Source: a virus
Taxonomy: Duplodnaviria > Caudoviricetes
Length of the DNA: 64,000 nucleotides
IMG/VR virus record: IMGVR_UViG_3300033067_000207
Location: 957 to 64,956 of that record
Direction: 5' to 3' (one strand)
Positions 63,701 through 64,000 of this stretch are shown here, in pieces. Both the position numbers and the translations under genes were made by a program. Position 1 is the first letter of the stretch; the number at the start of each line of letters is the position of its first letter. The notes under the pieces are model-generated. The model worked only from the letters and a program-made list of their open reading frames with translations, was not told the origin of the DNA and did not search any database.

Positions 63701-63985
63701 TTATTCCGCCCTGTATTCTTTGTAGTAGGCTTTGAAGTCCTCAGTCTCCATAACTTCTATAGCTATTTTCATAGCATCCAGCTCATCCTTTGCTTCCCAC
63801 ACCTCAATAAACAGCGTGCCCTTAGGGATTTCAAATATGTTGGCATAGCCTTCGGCCCAATCTAGTTTTATACCGGGCATACGTCGTAAGCGTTTCGCCG
63901 GAGAGCTGTTGCTTATTTTGGCGTTTATAAACGCGATGTATAGGTTGTCATCGCTATAGACTCTAACCACTTTTGTTATTTGCAC
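63701..63985 (-). CDS. Small DEL-motif protein
   Basis: WEAKDELDAMKIA; RBS GGAGG. Confidence 0.7.
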   Translation of the reverse strand: MQITKVVRVYSDDNLYIAFINAKISNSSPAKRLRRMPGIKLDWAEGYANIFEIPKGTLFIEVWEAKDELDAMKIAIEVMETEDFKAYYKEYRAE

Positions 63986-64000
63986 GGCGTGCCTCCTATT

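Noticed and set aside
1-64000. Prophage boundaries, integrase or host genes
   Set aside because: No integrase, att-like repeat or bacterial housekeeping block was seen; the whole window looks phage-derived.

Overview
A 64-kb segment of a tailed dsDNA phage genome with podovirus-like organisation, in two convergent arms. The + strand (1-34.1 kb) is morphogenesis: portal (5'-truncated), GroES-like co-chaperonin, scaffold, Mu gpT-like major capsid protein, head/tail connectors, duplicated tail fibres, tail-collar protein, a lysis cassette (M15 endolysin, holin, Rz/Rz1) and ejection proteins including a 2044-aa protein with an HExxH motif. The - strand (34.2-64 kb) is replication and early genes: primase-helicase, SNF2 helicase, PD-(D/E)XK nuclease, a GcrA homolog (pointing to an alphaproteobacterial host), glycosyl- and methyltransferase, family A DNA polymerase, VRR-NUC, a MoxR AAA/VWA-metallopeptidase/DUF3150-like module and a long run of small genes. 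Eight free-standing homing endonuclease genes are present. The most unusual signals are: (1) about 25 small, otherwise highly divergent proteins sharing a DE[LM]x[AV]-hydrophobic motif; (2) a 13-bp palindrome, GTAACA-N-TGTTAC, found 10 times, only in the early arm and often at translation starts; (3) an atypical tRNA-like gene; (4) a structured RNA downstream of the capsid gene. All family assignments come from motif recognition by eye; no database searches were run.
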